From: a virus
Taxonomy: Duplodnaviria > Caudoviricetes
Direction: 5' to 3' (one strand)
Virus record (IMG/VR): IMGVR_UViG_3300029288_003882
Location: 19,913 to 83,912 of that record
DNA: 64,000 nt
A program made the translations under genes and the position numbers. The notes below the pieces were generated by a model. It made no database searches, had not been told where the DNA came from, and worked only from the letters and a program-made list of their open reading frames with translations. Below, one piece after another: positions 29,776 to 40,836 of the stretch. The stretch's first letter is position 1. Each line of letters starts with the position of its first letter.

Positions 29776-30871
29776 AGTTAAGCATCTCGCAGACGTATTT
29801 GACATCTGTTAACGTCATGCACACATTGACGGGTAAGGTTAATAATCTTTTCTCAATCACCTGAATTTTTGGGAAGGTATACTTCTGGTGTTCCGTATAT
29901 AGGGCGAGACGGTAAATCGGTTGATATTCGACCGTAGTTTCAATATTTTTCATTTTAAGGAATGTTTGTATTTCTTCCCGATTGACATCAACGGGCAAGA
30001 TCACTGTAAAATTATAAACCGTAGTATCGCTGTTTAAGTAATCACGAGCGAACGGCACGGTTAAGCCTGCAATGTTAAGACACCCATACATGTATGTTCG
30101 ACCGAGTTTTGATAAATGCTTTCTAAATCCTGCCAACTTTTCAAGTTGAACCAGACCAATAGCACATTGATATTCCGTCATTGCACATTTCCCAGATGGG
30201 ATAATCACATCGTATTTCCTGATTTCGTCTGCGATACGACCTATCTCACGCATACATCGGATTTTTTTGCTTACAACATCACTATCGGTAATAACCATAC
30301 CGCCTTCACCGATAGCCAAAGTCTTCGTTGCGTGAAATGAGAAAACGCTTGCATCGCCCCAGTGACCAGCATAATAACCGAAAGATGTGGACCCAATTGC
30401 GTGAGCGCAATCTTCAATCAAGAAGATGCCTTTTTCCTTGCAAAACGCGGCGATTTTGTTGATGTCTTCGCATATATGCCCTCCGTAATGGACGACAACG
30501 ACCCCGACGACATCATCCGTATATTTGCGCTTGATGTCTTCAAAATCGGCGTTTAAATCCCGTTCGCTTTTAATGTCGTATAATCGAACGTTGTGCCCGT
30601 TTCTTGTTGCACAATTCACGGTTGAGACGAACGTCATAGCTGGGGCAAGAACTGTTCCTATCTTGAATGATAACGCCCGAACTGCAAGATAAAGCCCTTC
30701 TGTCGCCGAACAAACAGCGACACCATAATTTTTATGATGCAACTTGGCGATTTTTTCCTCAAATTCTTTCCCTTTATCGTGATGAACAAGCCATCCGCTT
30801 GCGAACACCTCTTTTACCGCCCGCAATTCCTTACTGTCATACTTAAATTGTGCCGTTCGAATCATATCCAT
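29720..30871 (-). CDS. DegT/DnrJ/EryC1/StrS PLP-dependent sugar aminotransferase
   Basis: VVHYGG, IEDCAHAIG, SFHATKTLAIGEGG (PLP lysine), LTLPV. Confidence 0.95.
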   Translation of the reverse strand: MDMIRTAQFKYDSKELRAVKEVFASGWLVHHDKGKEFEEKIAKLHHKNYGVAVCSATEGLYLAVRALSFKIGTVLAPAMTFVSTVNCATRNGHNVRLYDIKSERDLNADFEDIKRKYTDDVVGVVVVHYGGHICEDINKIAAFCKEKGIFLIEDCAHAIGSTSFGYYAGHWGDASVFSFHATKTLAIGEGGMVITDSDVVSKKIRCMREIGRIADEIRKYDVIIPSGKCAMTEYQCAIGLVQLEKLAGFRKHLSKLGRTYMYGCLNIAGLTVPFARDYLNSDTTVYNFTVILPVDVNREEIQTFLKMKNIETTVEYQPIYRLALYTEHQKYTFPKIQVIEKRLLTLPVNVCMTLTDVKYVCEMLNYAITKNRGHNGNNRLPKL

Positions 30872-30881
30872 AAAATCGCCT

Positions 30882-32300
30882 CTATTCGTCGATGATCTTG
30901 TTTAGACGTTGCAGGAATCTTCTCAAACCATACTCGAATCTTGTTTTTACCTTTGCGTCTTCGTCGATGTCGCCCGAGTATCCTTTCTTCATATCTTGAA
31001 TGCACATTATTATATGGTCGACCTCGTTTAGGCAATTGACATACTCGACGCATTCATCCATCTTATGATTCCAGATCACCTGTTTTCCTGCGCTCAAGTA
31101 TTCGAGAACACTTATCGACAATCCGTCCGTATGCGTCAATCTTAGCAACGTTGAGACCTGTGGCATAATCGTCTTCATATCCGACCACATTCCTCCGAGA
31201 TACGTTGCGTTCGGGTGTTCTACTTTTGAAAAGTTCGCAACATCTACTGGTAGACCGTAGATTAAAAATTTAACTTTCGGACAACCAGATATAATCGCAT
31301 GTAATTTATCCGTTGGACAAATGTTATCATTTCGAATATAAATTCCTACAGTGAATTCGTCTGGCATCGGTGCGTCAAAGAATCTAAAGGTGTTTGGCAA
31401 GATATGAATATCCTTGAAGCCTAATTTTATCAAGCGTTCTTCCATTGCCGAATATTCGCATATCACCCGAGGCGTCATAGGATATTCCTTGATATTATAT
31501 TTACCTTCCTCGAGGTAACGAACTTCGGTGCCTGTGAAATAATAATACGGTGTGCATTTGATATTATTTTCACGGAGGGTTTTAAAGATGTATCTAACTG
31601 GATAATCCACTGGCGGCCAGATTAGAACTTTTGAGTGTTGTTTCAATAGACGAACGGCGTCCAGATCATAACGTTTCGCCAACATCCCAGTCATTCTACC
31701 CATATCTTCGGCAAAGCCGTCGCACCACGAGTATGAGATTAAAATATTGTTCTTCGTGAAAGTATAAACGTGGCACGGACTTGCCACCTCGAGGTCATCA
31801 TACAAGCGCCATCCAAATTTCTTGAACAATGCAACGTAATCATGCATAAAGCAATGCTCGTCTGTCTTTTCACATCCTACTGGTTCGGTGATCACCGCGA
31901 ATTTAAATAATTCGGTGATTTGCTTGATAACGACCTCAATATTTAGGTCGTTGACATGTTCGAGAACGGTATTGCAAAAGAACAAATCGAACTGGTTAGG
32001 TTTTAGAAATCTTTTCATGTTCGTTAAGGAATCTACTCTAACTGGCACGTTTGGATATCTGTTCTTGCATTCTTGCGCCAACTCGGACGATAGTTCTATG
32101 CCCATCAATTTCTTTCCTGCGAAGATTCTAAAATAATCTCCGACACCGCATCCTCCATCGATGACAGTGTTAAACTTGATTTGTTGCAAGATGCCCGCAA
32201 GAAGATCACCATGAGCGATGATAGATTCAGATATTTCCTTTGGGTGTTTTGCAATATATTCCTTCGCTCGGTTTTCCCAATATTCTTTATCTTGATACAT
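30882..32300 (-). CDS. Fusion: class I methyltransferase plus GT-B-like domain
   Basis: N-terminal IDGGCGVG..VLEHV; C-terminal DGLSISVLEYLSAGKQVI. Confidence 0.75.
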   Translation of the reverse strand: MYQDKEYWENRAKEYIAKHPKEISESIIAHGDLLAGILQQIKFNTVIDGGCGVGDYFRIFAGKKLMGIELSSELAQECKNRYPNVPVRVDSLTNMKRFLKPNQFDLFFCNTVLEHVNDLNIEVVIKQITELFKFAVITEPVGCEKTDEHCFMHDYVALFKKFGWRLYDDLEVASPCHVYTFTKNNILISYSWCDGFAEDMGRMTGMLAKRYDLDAVRLLKQHSKVLIWPPVDYPVRYIFKTLRENNIKCTPYYYFTGTEVRYLEEGKYNIKEYPMTPRVICEYSAMEERLIKLGFKDIHILPNTFRFFDAPMPDEFTVGIYIRNDNICPTDKLHAIISGCPKVKFLIYGLPVDVANFSKVEHPNATYLGGMWSDMKTIMPQVSTLLRLTHTDGLSISVLEYLSAGKQVIWNHKMDECVEYVNCLNEVDHIIMCIQDMKKGYSGDIDEDAKVKTRFEYGLRRFLQRLNKIIDE

Positions 32301-32301
32301 A

Positions 32302-33132
32302 TTAACCCCACATTGTATATTTTCCGGATTCGGTATCTACTGCGAATCTGATGCCGTGTCTTCGCAATAGATTTCTTGCCTTCTCGGAAATTTTAGTAAC
32401 TTCGCCTTCGATCACCATTAAATCAAAATGGAAATAAGCGTTATCGATTCTATAAGTTAAATCGTCAATCTTTGACCAGATTGTATTAAGTTCGCCTAAG
32501 ATTTCTTCAATCATTTTTTCCTGCTCTTTGACTTCGATACGTGGTAATTTTTGTGATAAGAAATCCTTGGGGCGTGCAGGAATACCAAGCGCAATGCAAT
32601 TATTTGGAACGTCTCTTGTTACCAAAGAATTTGCACCGATAACGACATTGTTTCCAATGGTGACGCCCGGCATTACCGTCGCATTTGGAATCCATACTTT
32701 GTTTCCTATCCTGACAGGTGCGAACTTGACAGGAAAGCCTTCGATGCAAGACAAATAGGCTCCGTGGGTATAAATGTTAGTGAAACGACCAATACCTACT
32801 TCGTTGCCTATTATCACTTGTCGGGCGGTATTTATCATCGAATAACTGCCCATATGGAACCAATAACCTATTTTCAAGGATGATAATGTTTCTTGACAGG
32901 AACCACCACCAATCTCTGCGTGATGATTCGAATAGAACTCTCGCCCGATCTGGATATCCCGACCGTGGATTATCGTATCTTTTCCGATGATAGAATTTTT
33001 CCCAATTTCAAATCTTTCGGTAACTTCTATGTCAACGCCGTCCCGAATTTCGCAATTATCGCCGATAATTAAATTCTTACAATTAATCTTTGCCGTGGGC
33101 GATATGCGAACGTTGTTTCCTATTTTTTGCAT
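32302..33132 (-). CDS. Hexapeptide-repeat (LbH) sugar acyltransferase
   Basis: Repeated IGxN/IGxD hexapeptides; PGVTIGNNVVIGANSLVTRDVP..ALGIPA. Confidence 0.9.
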   Translation of the reverse strand: MQKIGNNVRISPTAKINCKNLIIGDNCEIRDGVDIEVTERFEIGKNSIIGKDTIIHGRDIQIGREFYSNHHAEIGGGSCQETLSSLKIGYWFHMGSYSMINTARQVIIGNEVGIGRFTNIYTHGAYLSCIEGFPVKFAPVRIGNKVWIPNATVMPGVTIGNNVVIGANSLVTRDVPNNCIALGIPARPKDFLSQKLPRIEVKEQEKMIEEILGELNTIWSKIDDLTYRIDNAYFHFDLMVIEGEVTKISEKARNLLRRHGIRFAVDTESGKYTMWG

Positions 33133-33324
33133 AACGTCAAAATCAAAGTATGTTAATAAAAATCTTTCTTTCGGTTGAACGACGCAAAAAACTAAATAAC
33201 TTGATGTCGTTGTATGACTATGGCACGGCTATCTTGGTCATATCTCTTCCATTAAAACCCTCTTTCAAATCCGTGCCGCGGCGGGTATGTATGCCAATGC
33301 GTACCCGCCTCAATTTTTAATCGA

Positions 33325-33461
33325 TTCCTTGGATGACGCTTGGAACTGGATGCTTCATTTTAAGGTTTCCAATCTGCTGGATATTGTAGTTCCGCACGTT
33401 GGGCTACAAAGAGTATATATACTGGTATTGTGATTATCTATACAATGGAAGTGGACAAATG
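33325..33461 (+). promoter_or_regulatory. Cassette promoter 2
   Basis: TTCCTTGGATGACGCTTGGA, then TGTA-N16-TACA (33385-33408), TATATATA, leader TGGAAGTGGACAAATG. Confidence 0.8.
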
Positions 33462-33909
33462 CAAGCGACAAACAAAATATCGGCAATGTTCGAAGCGATT
33501 GCGACGAACGACGGGCTCTGGGAAATGCTCTTCAAGATCGACAACATAATCGCCTTTTCAAACGGAGGAATATAAAATGGTAGCAATCGGAGAAATATAC
33601 GAAACAAGCTGGGGATATGACATGACGCACAACGATTTCCTACAAATCGTTGCCGTATCGAAGACTGGAAAAACCGTCACTTGCAAGATGATAAAGAGCA
33701 AGAAGTTGACAGGCGGCGGATATTCGGGCGAAGAAATCGCCTTGCCCAACGAATTCGTGGGCAAAGAATTCCGCATGAACGTTCGGGAAGATCGCCTGCG
33801 CGGACAATACCCGTACTGCGCCCACGTCATAGATAACGATTCATCGAAGCGCATGGGTTCGTTCAAGTTATGGGACGGAAAAGCGACATACTACAACACG
33901 GTGGACTAA
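33459..33909 (+). CDS. Two small hypothetical genes (33459-33575, 38 aa; 33577-33909, 110 aa)
   Basis: First gene starts at the conserved leader ATG; second has a GGAGG RBS. Confidence 0.65.
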
Positions 33910-33911
33910 AC

Positions 33912-34358
33912 ATGTTCGAATACGAGTGGATAGACAGCTTTGGGGGCTCCGTCAAAGTCAAGGTTACGACGGAAAGGGGAACAGTGACCATCGACGTGCT
34001 CGATTTGATTGATGCATTCAAGCGAGCAAAGAAGGACAAGGACGACGGCGACGACATGCTTTATCTTCTTGAATCGTTCGCCGAGTTCAACGATGACGAA
34101 GAGGACGAAGACGACGAAGGCGAAGAGGAATATAACAACGCAATCGCCGAAGAGGACAAGCGCATCGACGAAGAGGAAGAGCGAATGAAGAACGACAAGA
34201 AGACAAACGAAGCACCTAAACCCGACGACATGACCGAACTACATTGCAACGATTGTGGCGCACCGATGACCTACGAGGAGTCCAAAAACGGTGTATGCTT
34301 CGATTGTGCGAACAACGAAGACGAAGAGGACGCAAAGGACGAAAAGGAGGAATCATAA
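33912..34358 (+). CDS. Highly acidic protein with CxxC..CxxC Zn site
   Basis: About 52 of 148 residues are D/E (hand count); HCNDCG..CFDC. Confidence 0.65.
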   Translation: MFEYEWIDSFGGSVKVKVTTERGTVTIDVLDLIDAFKRAKKDKDDGDDMLYLLESFAEFNDDEEDEDDEGEEEYNNAIAEEDKRIDEEEERMKNDKKTNEAPKPDDMTELHCNDCGAPMTYEESKNGVCFDCANNEDEEDAKDEKEES

Positions 34359-34904
34359 TGGGAAACATGTCTTACTGCAGGATGCAAAACACATACCACG
34401 ACCTTCGGGATGTCGAAGAACATATCAACGACGACGACATGAGCAAAGACGAACTAAGCGCAAGAGAAAATATAATTTCTTTGTGCAAGAGAATCATTGA
34501 CAACGCCGTACCCGCCGACGAACTAAACAACAACGCAACAAAGAAGAAAGAACTGGAAGACGAGTACGATTTGTTGATGCACGAGAAATCCGGAAAGACC
34601 GAAGCACAACAAAAAGAAATCGAAAAGCGCATGTGCCAGATCGAAGAGGAACTGAACGACATAACAGGTGAGTAAAATGGGAACGGCGATGATTGTCAAA
34701 ACATACGAGGCTTGGTTAAATCAGGCGAAAGATGCACAAAAGAAACTCGAGGAATGCGGTGCTAAGAACTTAAACGAATTCAACGAAAAGGACCACCAGA
34801 ACTTTTGCAAGTTGATAGAAGCATTGTATGCCCTCAAAGTGCCGATAGACCAAGATTTGATGCAAAAAGCCGAGATGCGCCCCGTCGATGAATTGTTTTC
34901 ATAA
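34358..34904 (+). CDS. Two small hypothetical genes (34358-34675; 34668-34904)
   Basis: Translationally coupled ORFs ending at a terminator. Confidence 0.6.
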
Positions 34905-34922
34905 TCGGGGCGTATTTTTTTT
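34875..34922 (+). terminator. Hairpin plus T8 terminator of cassette 2
   Basis: ATGCGCCCCG/CGGGGCGTAT stem (one G-U) followed by a T-run. Confidence 0.65.
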
Positions 34923-34923
34923 C

Positions 34924-35157
34924 TCAAAATCCCAATAGTCTTAAATAAACGTGCCACGGACAACCTTCTTCTGCATAAGCGCATACAACAGATGGCGACA
35001 CCGTTCCATCTGGGGAAATTGTATGATCATCTATCGTCTCGATTTTGTTGCAACAACCACACCTAACAACGGTAGACTTTTTACCGTATGCATTTGTCCA
35101 ATAAGTCCATTCGCCCACATCTGGGAACTTTTTATCGGTCTTTTTTAATTCTATCAT
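34924..35157 (-). CDS. Small Cys/His-rich hypothetical protein
   Basis: VRCGCC..HTISPDGTVSPSVVC..CPWH. Confidence 0.55.
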   Translation of the reverse strand: MIELKKTDKKFPDVGEWTYWTNAYGKKSTVVRCGCCNKIETIDDHTISPDGTVSPSVVCAYAEEGCPWHVYLRLLGF

Positions 35158-35389
35158 AACATATCCCCATGAGCGTCTTCGTATCGACAATGCCATCTAT
35201 CGTTCGTATGTTATCTATCACGATTTGCTGAAGTTCTTGCATATCTTTGGCGGTGATCTTGGCAAGAAAGTCAAATTCTGAAAATATAGGATAACATTCA
35301 TCAATTTTATTTTCTGATTTTAACGCATTGAAGACGAAATATTCCTTTTCCGTTTTCACCTTTATCAAGACGAACCCAATAACTGTCAT
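35132..35389 (-). CDS. Stand-alone Lrp/AsnC ligand-binding (RAM) domain protein
   Basis: GFVLIKV...EFDFLAKI...IRTIDGIVDTKTL pattern, typical of archaeal small Lrp/AsnC proteins. Confidence 0.85.
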   Translation of the reverse strand: MTVIGFVLIKVKTEKEYFVFNALKSENKIDECYPIFSEFDFLAKITAKDMQELQQIVIDNIRTIDGIVDTKTLMGICYDRIKKDR

Positions 35390-35946
35390 GGGTGATTATA
35401 TGTCTTCGTTATTATTTCAATCTTTCGAATCGCCATAAAGATGTTATCAACTACAATAACCGGAAAATGAAGATTCAAGGCATCTTCTGCAACTTCGCTA
35501 CCACATCCCGTGCGGACGAGGATAGTCCTGCAACCAGCAGAATGTCCAGATCGAAGGTCAGAAATAGTATCGCCTATCATAAAAGATTTCTGCATATCTA
35601 TGAGTAGGTATTTTTTTGCTTCGTTGAGTAAATACGGCTTTGGTTTTCTACATGCGCAGGCAATAGCCGTATCGTGAAAACAATAATAGAACTTATCGAT
35701 TGTGGTGCCATATTCCTTAAGTTCTTCTTGCATTGCGTTCTCAAATTTTAAAACGTCTTCGATGGTGTAGTATCCGCGACCTACACCAGATTGATTCGAT
35801 ACGACGATCACCAAAAAGCCCATATCGTGGGCGAACTTTATGGCAGCCTTTGCGCCAGGCAAAAATTTCAAGTCTTCTATTTTGTAGGTATGCCCGTCGT
35901 CTTGCGTTATCGTTCCGTCTCGGTCTAAAAATATGGCTTGTTGCAT
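35386..35946 (-). CDS. gmhB: D,D-heptose-1,7-bisphosphate phosphatase (HAD IIIA)
   Basis: IFLDRDGTI, VSNQSGVGRGYY, YCFH..CACRKPKP, MIGDTISDL motifs. Confidence 0.88.
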   Translation of the reverse strand: MQQAIFLDRDGTITQDDGHTYKIEDLKFLPGAKAAIKFAHDMGFLVIVVSNQSGVGRGYYTIEDVLKFENAMQEELKEYGTTIDKFYYCFHDTAIACACRKPKPYLLNEAKKYLLIDMQKSFMIGDTISDLRSGHSAGCRTILVRTGCGSEVAEDALNLHFPVIVVDNIFMAIRKIEIITKTYNHP

Positions 35947-36035
35947 CAAAGAACTTATTTCAAAACGAATAAATAAACTTGTATGCAAGGTCACCGATAT
36001 TAAAATTTAAATAAAGATAAATCGATGTTGCGCTT

Positions 36036-36245
36036 ATGGCATACACATCGTTCTCAAAGAAAGGGGACAACGTTTCCTTTAAGGGTAATTTGTATGTCGT
36101 CAAAGTCATCGACGAGACTGGTATCATCTTAAGGAAGATAGATGGCAATGCCGACTTTGAAGCATTGACGCATGAAGAAATCAAAGAAGCAGAAGAATCG
36201 GGTGATCTGGTCGCATACGTTGAACCTGACGAAGCGAGTATATAA
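36036..36245 (+). CDS. Small hypothetical protein
   Basis: 69 aa, divergent from gmhB. Confidence 0.55.
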   Translation: MAYTSFSKKGDNVSFKGNLYVVKVIDETGIILRKIDGNADFEALTHEEIKEAEESGDLVAYVEPDEASI

Positions 36246-36256
36246 AGGGAACCAAG

Positions 36257-36395
36257 TTCCTTGGATTGAGCTTGGATTGTAATCCGTGCACCAAGTGATT
36301 TTGTCGCTTGTCGTTTTCTATGTAGTTCCAGCGTCGGAACTACAAAGAGTTTATATATAGGTTTGTTTATACTATATGATGGAAGTGGTCAAATG
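36257..36395 (+). promoter_or_regulatory. Cassette promoter 3
   Basis: 22-bp TTCCTTGGATTGAGCTTGGATT; perfect inverted repeat TGTAGTTCC-N6-GGAACTACA (36321-36344); AAGAG-TTTATATA; leader TGGAAGTGGTCAAATG. Confidence 0.85.
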
Positions 36396-38354
36396 ACAAC
36401 ATTCGGAAACAAGAAACTCAACAAGAAGGAAAAGAAGCACCTGAAAGAGTGCGGAATTGTGGGCAAGTGGATGATGGAACAACAGGTAAAGGCTATGCTT
36501 GAAGAACGCAAGAAGTCCAGAGACGAGCGTGTTCTTTGCTGGGAATGCTGGACAATCGCTAAGAAACTCGGAATGGTTAAAGAAGTTTGCCCCGAATGCG
36601 GGTGCACATGGGGGGATTCTTCCCGAGAATGCGACGCCTGCCACTCGCTTGTAAGCCCGATTTTTGTGGAGGCATAATCGTGATCAACGAAGCAACGATA
36701 AAGGAAGCCGTTGCAAGCGACCCGACGCAAGAAATAACTGAAGGTGGAAACGTCGTAGGCGAAAACTGGAACCTCCGCGTTAATGCATTCGTCGAAGCAC
36801 ATGGCAAGATCGTCGGGTCCATAGTTTACAACTACCTCTCGGATGATGAAATATACAACAAAGGAAAAGCCGCAATCGAGCACGGAATGATTGCAGGTAC
36901 CGATATGTATATCGGCGTAATCCAAGAATACGCAAAACAGGGATATTTCCACTGCATGATATGTGGGGCGCATATACATCACCACTATTGGGCGAAGATG
37001 AACGACGGGAAATATGGTGCAATCGGCTCCGAATGCATCGACGTAATAACGGGCACAACGATAGGCGAACTTGCCCAAGTAGCCGCTGGAAAGGCAATAC
37101 GTGATACGCTTGCAAGAAGGAAAGCCTCGGCGGTCAAAAGGGAATTTGTCAGGTATTATAATGCGCTTGATGACGACGAAAAGAACCACGTATTTGTCAT
37201 AAGCGACGGGATAAACAGGTCTTGCCCATACATCACCGAATCACAATACAAGAAGACGAAAGAAACATACCACTTCCGCGAAAGGGCGAAATTCAACGAA
37301 ACGAACATAATAGAATTCTGCAAAGAACATTCCAAATGCTCGGAATTCATGTCGTCTTGCGTCGAACACCCAACTTTTGGAAGAATCGAAGCGGTTAAAA
37401 ATTGCGGATGCAAGACCTGTGGAACGAAGTTCAAAGCCCCAAAGTTCGAAGCAAAACCACCCGAACATTTCAACGTATGCGATTGGCTGGTTGCAAGACC
37501 AATAAACTTCAAGGATATCAAGATAGTTCAAGAAGTTGCCGAAATGAAGAAATGCGGAACGCCTTGCGCTTGCATACAAGAAATCACCTGCGAAAAACAC
37601 ATGAAGTGGATTGCCGATTGCATAATCGGAAGCGATAAGTCTACCACGTGGAAATTCAAAAGCGCAATAAACGATATAAAAGTCCTGATTGAAATCGGAT
37701 ACTTAATGCCTGACTTTGGCAAGGTCGAACCTGACCCAATGAGTGATGACGAAGTAAAAACGCTTAATGCAAAGGTCAACAAGGAAATAGAACGTGCAAC
37801 GAAGATGGCGGACAAGATGAAAGCCGACTTTGAGGCAAAGAAGCAAAAAGAAGAAATCGAAAAGAAAAATTATGAAGCAAAGTTTAAGACAGGAGGGAAT
37901 TAAAATGGACGGTAGAATGAAACAATCTTTGGACAAACACATAACTGGAAATTATGGCGAGGACCAATATCCTGAAGAGAAAGAAGATTGCAACCCCAAA
38001 GAATATATCAGATGCCTGCAATGCAACGAAGCAATGCCACGAAGCGAATTTCTCGAACATTTCAGGACGAAGCATGAAGCGGTGATCACCGACTTCTTGA
38101 ATGACTTTCTAAGGGAAGCCGAAGAACTTGCGACGAAAGAGAACGAAACGTGCATACATCAAGGTATAGAAAAGGACGAAAAGGGGAAGACGCATTGCAA
38201 GATAACTAACACCCCATGCACATGGTCAAGCGTTCCCAAGGACTGCCCGAAAGAAGCGAAAGATTACACTAAGAAGTATAGACTTAATGGGCATCTTCGT
38301 TCCTGCGATTGTGGCGAATGCTTCGATTGTGATGCCGATAACGACGAACTATAA
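36393..38354 (+). CDS. Cassette 3 genes (36393-36677; 36680-37903, multi-Cys, ~407 aa; 37905-38354)
   Basis: RBS-preceded ORFs with multiple CxxC motifs; no recognisable family. Confidence 0.7.
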
Positions 38355-38365
38355 ACGCTTATCAA

Positions 38366-38410
38366 GACGACGAAGCAAACCACTTCCACTTCGTCGTCTA
38401 TTTTTTTTTT
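38366..38410 (+). terminator. Hairpin plus T10 terminator of cassette 3; loop antisense to the cassette leader
   Basis: GACGACGAAG/CTTCGTCGTC stem; loop contains ACCACTTCCA. Confidence 0.75.
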
Positions 38411-40562
38411 AATCATGTTCTAAGATAACAAGATTTGTTTTACCCTTTTCAAAAGGATGTTGCATTAAAGTATCAAGATTCTTGGCTTCTTTTTGTGATA
38501 CAATCGCTTTAAATGATACGTTCAATTCCACAAGGTCGCCTTGCGTCTTATTGACGCTTATCGAATTAAAGTTTATAGCCCTTAGTTCAAGAATTCGACG
38601 CTTCAAGGAAGATCACCTACGACATACCCGCAAGCGATATAAGTTCCTCATAAATGCAATCGAGACATATGTTATACTTGCGATTTGGGTGGCATACTAT
38701 TTGTTTGCAACGCATACATTCCACCCGATTGTCGGCAGGCTTTTCTTGCGTCGTTGCTTCGATGACTCCCGCCGTTTTTGCGGGCAAAATAACGAACTTG
38801 CACCCAAACATCTCGGTAGCCCTTTCGAGTTGCTTCGTGAGTTCTTTTATCGCAATATCAGTAAGATCATCCTTGAACTCAATAAGGTAGATTTTGTTGG
38901 GCTCCAGATTCGATATTTTCTTTATGTCGAACTTCATTATATCCGCTCCTTGACTCTCGTTACCATTCTTATAGAATTGGAAATGACCGCGCGGTCGGAT
39001 GATCTTGTTAATTGCTTATACGATGCGCGGAGGTATCGCAACGCCTTGGATAAGTTTTCTTTGTCGCTTGTCATATTATCACCTAAAAAATGTGGCGCCC
39101 GACGGGATGGGATGTTCACATCGGGCACCTGGTTTTTGCTTTTAGGGATTGTTTTGGGCTCTGCACTCGAAAGCACAAAGACAAAATGACAACAAGTTAT
39201 GGATATAAAAGTTTTTAGTTATGTGGTCGGTGTTTTCCCAAGTTGCGCTTGGCGTGATTCAAACAACGCTTATGAGACCAAAGGATTTTTCCGGTTGTTG
39301 GGTCCTCTTTCTTCATTGCCTTACGGTCTGATTTTACCGATATTGGTCGCCCGCAGAACTGGCAATATTGTCGCATATCTATTCCTTCTTGACGATCTTG
39401 GTGATTTTCCAGCCTTTCAAGTTGGTGATCTGGTCAGTCAAATCGACGACGACAACGCAATGAGTATCCTTTTTGGGGTCGTCGGTCTTCTTAGGTGCTT
39501 CTAAGATTAAGATAGAACGATGTTCTATACCCAATTTCTTCAAACGAAAATCGGCAAGATTGGCATAATCGGCACAATCCTTCGGCGTCGATTTTTGTAT
39601 TTTCATATCTTTAACCTGCTGATTGACAAAATCTTCCATATCGGTCATGATTTCACCTTCTCGGGCAAATGGTCTCTTTTGTTTAGTTCGGTTATTTTCT
39701 CGTCTATGAGTTGTATGTCGAATTGTGTTAGTTGTATTATTGTGGTGGGCTTCGATTGCATCGGCATAAATACCCATTGAAGATATCCATTTTTTAGGGT
39801 TTGCTCAATCATGCCTATGAGTTGTTCGCCCTCTTTTACGGTATATTCTGTAAGTACTCGGTCTATATGTATATGTATCGTCATTTTATCACCTTCTTTT
39901 CCTTGGAACATCGGCAACATTTGTATTTCTGGACGGTGACGGGCTTGATACGATTGCACCACATTATTTCCATCTCGTCGTAATATTTCCGACCGTGATG
40001 ATGCCAGCAGTGGAAACCCAAGATGCATAGGATGTTTCTCATTCTTTTTTACCTCGTTTCTTTTTGGGAAGGATGGCAACTTCGACGATTTTATCACCAG
40101 ATATTAGGATGGAAATGTCGATCATCTTGCCGTCTTGAACGATGTCGGATAATTCTGGTAAGGAGGCTTCGGTGGCGAAAAATTCGACCTTGATTATGTG
40201 CTTATACAGAACATCATTGGGATTTTTGTGTATCTGGTGCTCAGATATGGTCGCTTTATCTATTTTCATAACTTTTGCCCCCGAGCATCAACAAGATTGG
40301 ACTTATGTTGATCTAACATTTTGAGAACGGCTTCTTGCGCGGCTTTCTGGGCGGCGATTTCGGCAGCCTCAACCTCGGCACGAACTTGATTATACCCGTT
40401 AATGTCGCCGCCTAAGATTTGACAATACTTCTGGTATATCTCGTTAGCCTTCTTTTCTTCTTGCAATCGGGCAATAAGATAGTTTATCGTGTTCATCGTG
40501 GCTTCCATTTGCGTCAATAGTTCATGAGCGGATGGCATTACTTCACCTTTCCACTTTTGCAA
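38409..40562 (-). CDS. Run of small hypothetical genes (e.g. 38409-38606, 38617-38937, 38937-39176, 39215-39376, 39379-39648, 40039-40269, 40266-40538)
   Basis: Densely packed, coupled minus-strand ORFs; no family recognised. Confidence 0.55.
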
Positions 40563-40650
40563 TCATCACAAAGACCTAATTTCTTATTTATGGGTATTCC
40601 ATCTCGGATGGGGATGGGCTTCCAGCAACGCCGACAGGTCGTATATTGCA

Positions 40651-40836
40651 TCAAGATTCCTCCTTTCTATCACGGGTGAAATATAAGGTAAATACCATCG
40701 TGATGATGGTCGCAATTTCGCCAGAAAGAGTGTTGGTAACGGCGCAATATATGAAGACGGCGCCGGCTACTAAGGTAAGGATGAACCTGCCAGATGACAT
40801 TTTACCAACTAAGTAATCCTTGGAAGGCATTAGCAC
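40651..40836 (-). CDS. Small two-TM membrane protein (holin-like)
   Basis: RFILTLVAGAVFIYCAV..IATIITMVFTLYF followed by a charged tail. Confidence 0.55.
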   Translation of the reverse strand: MLMPSKDYLVGKMSSGRFILTLVAGAVFIYCAVTNTLSGEIATIITMVFTLYFTRDRKEES

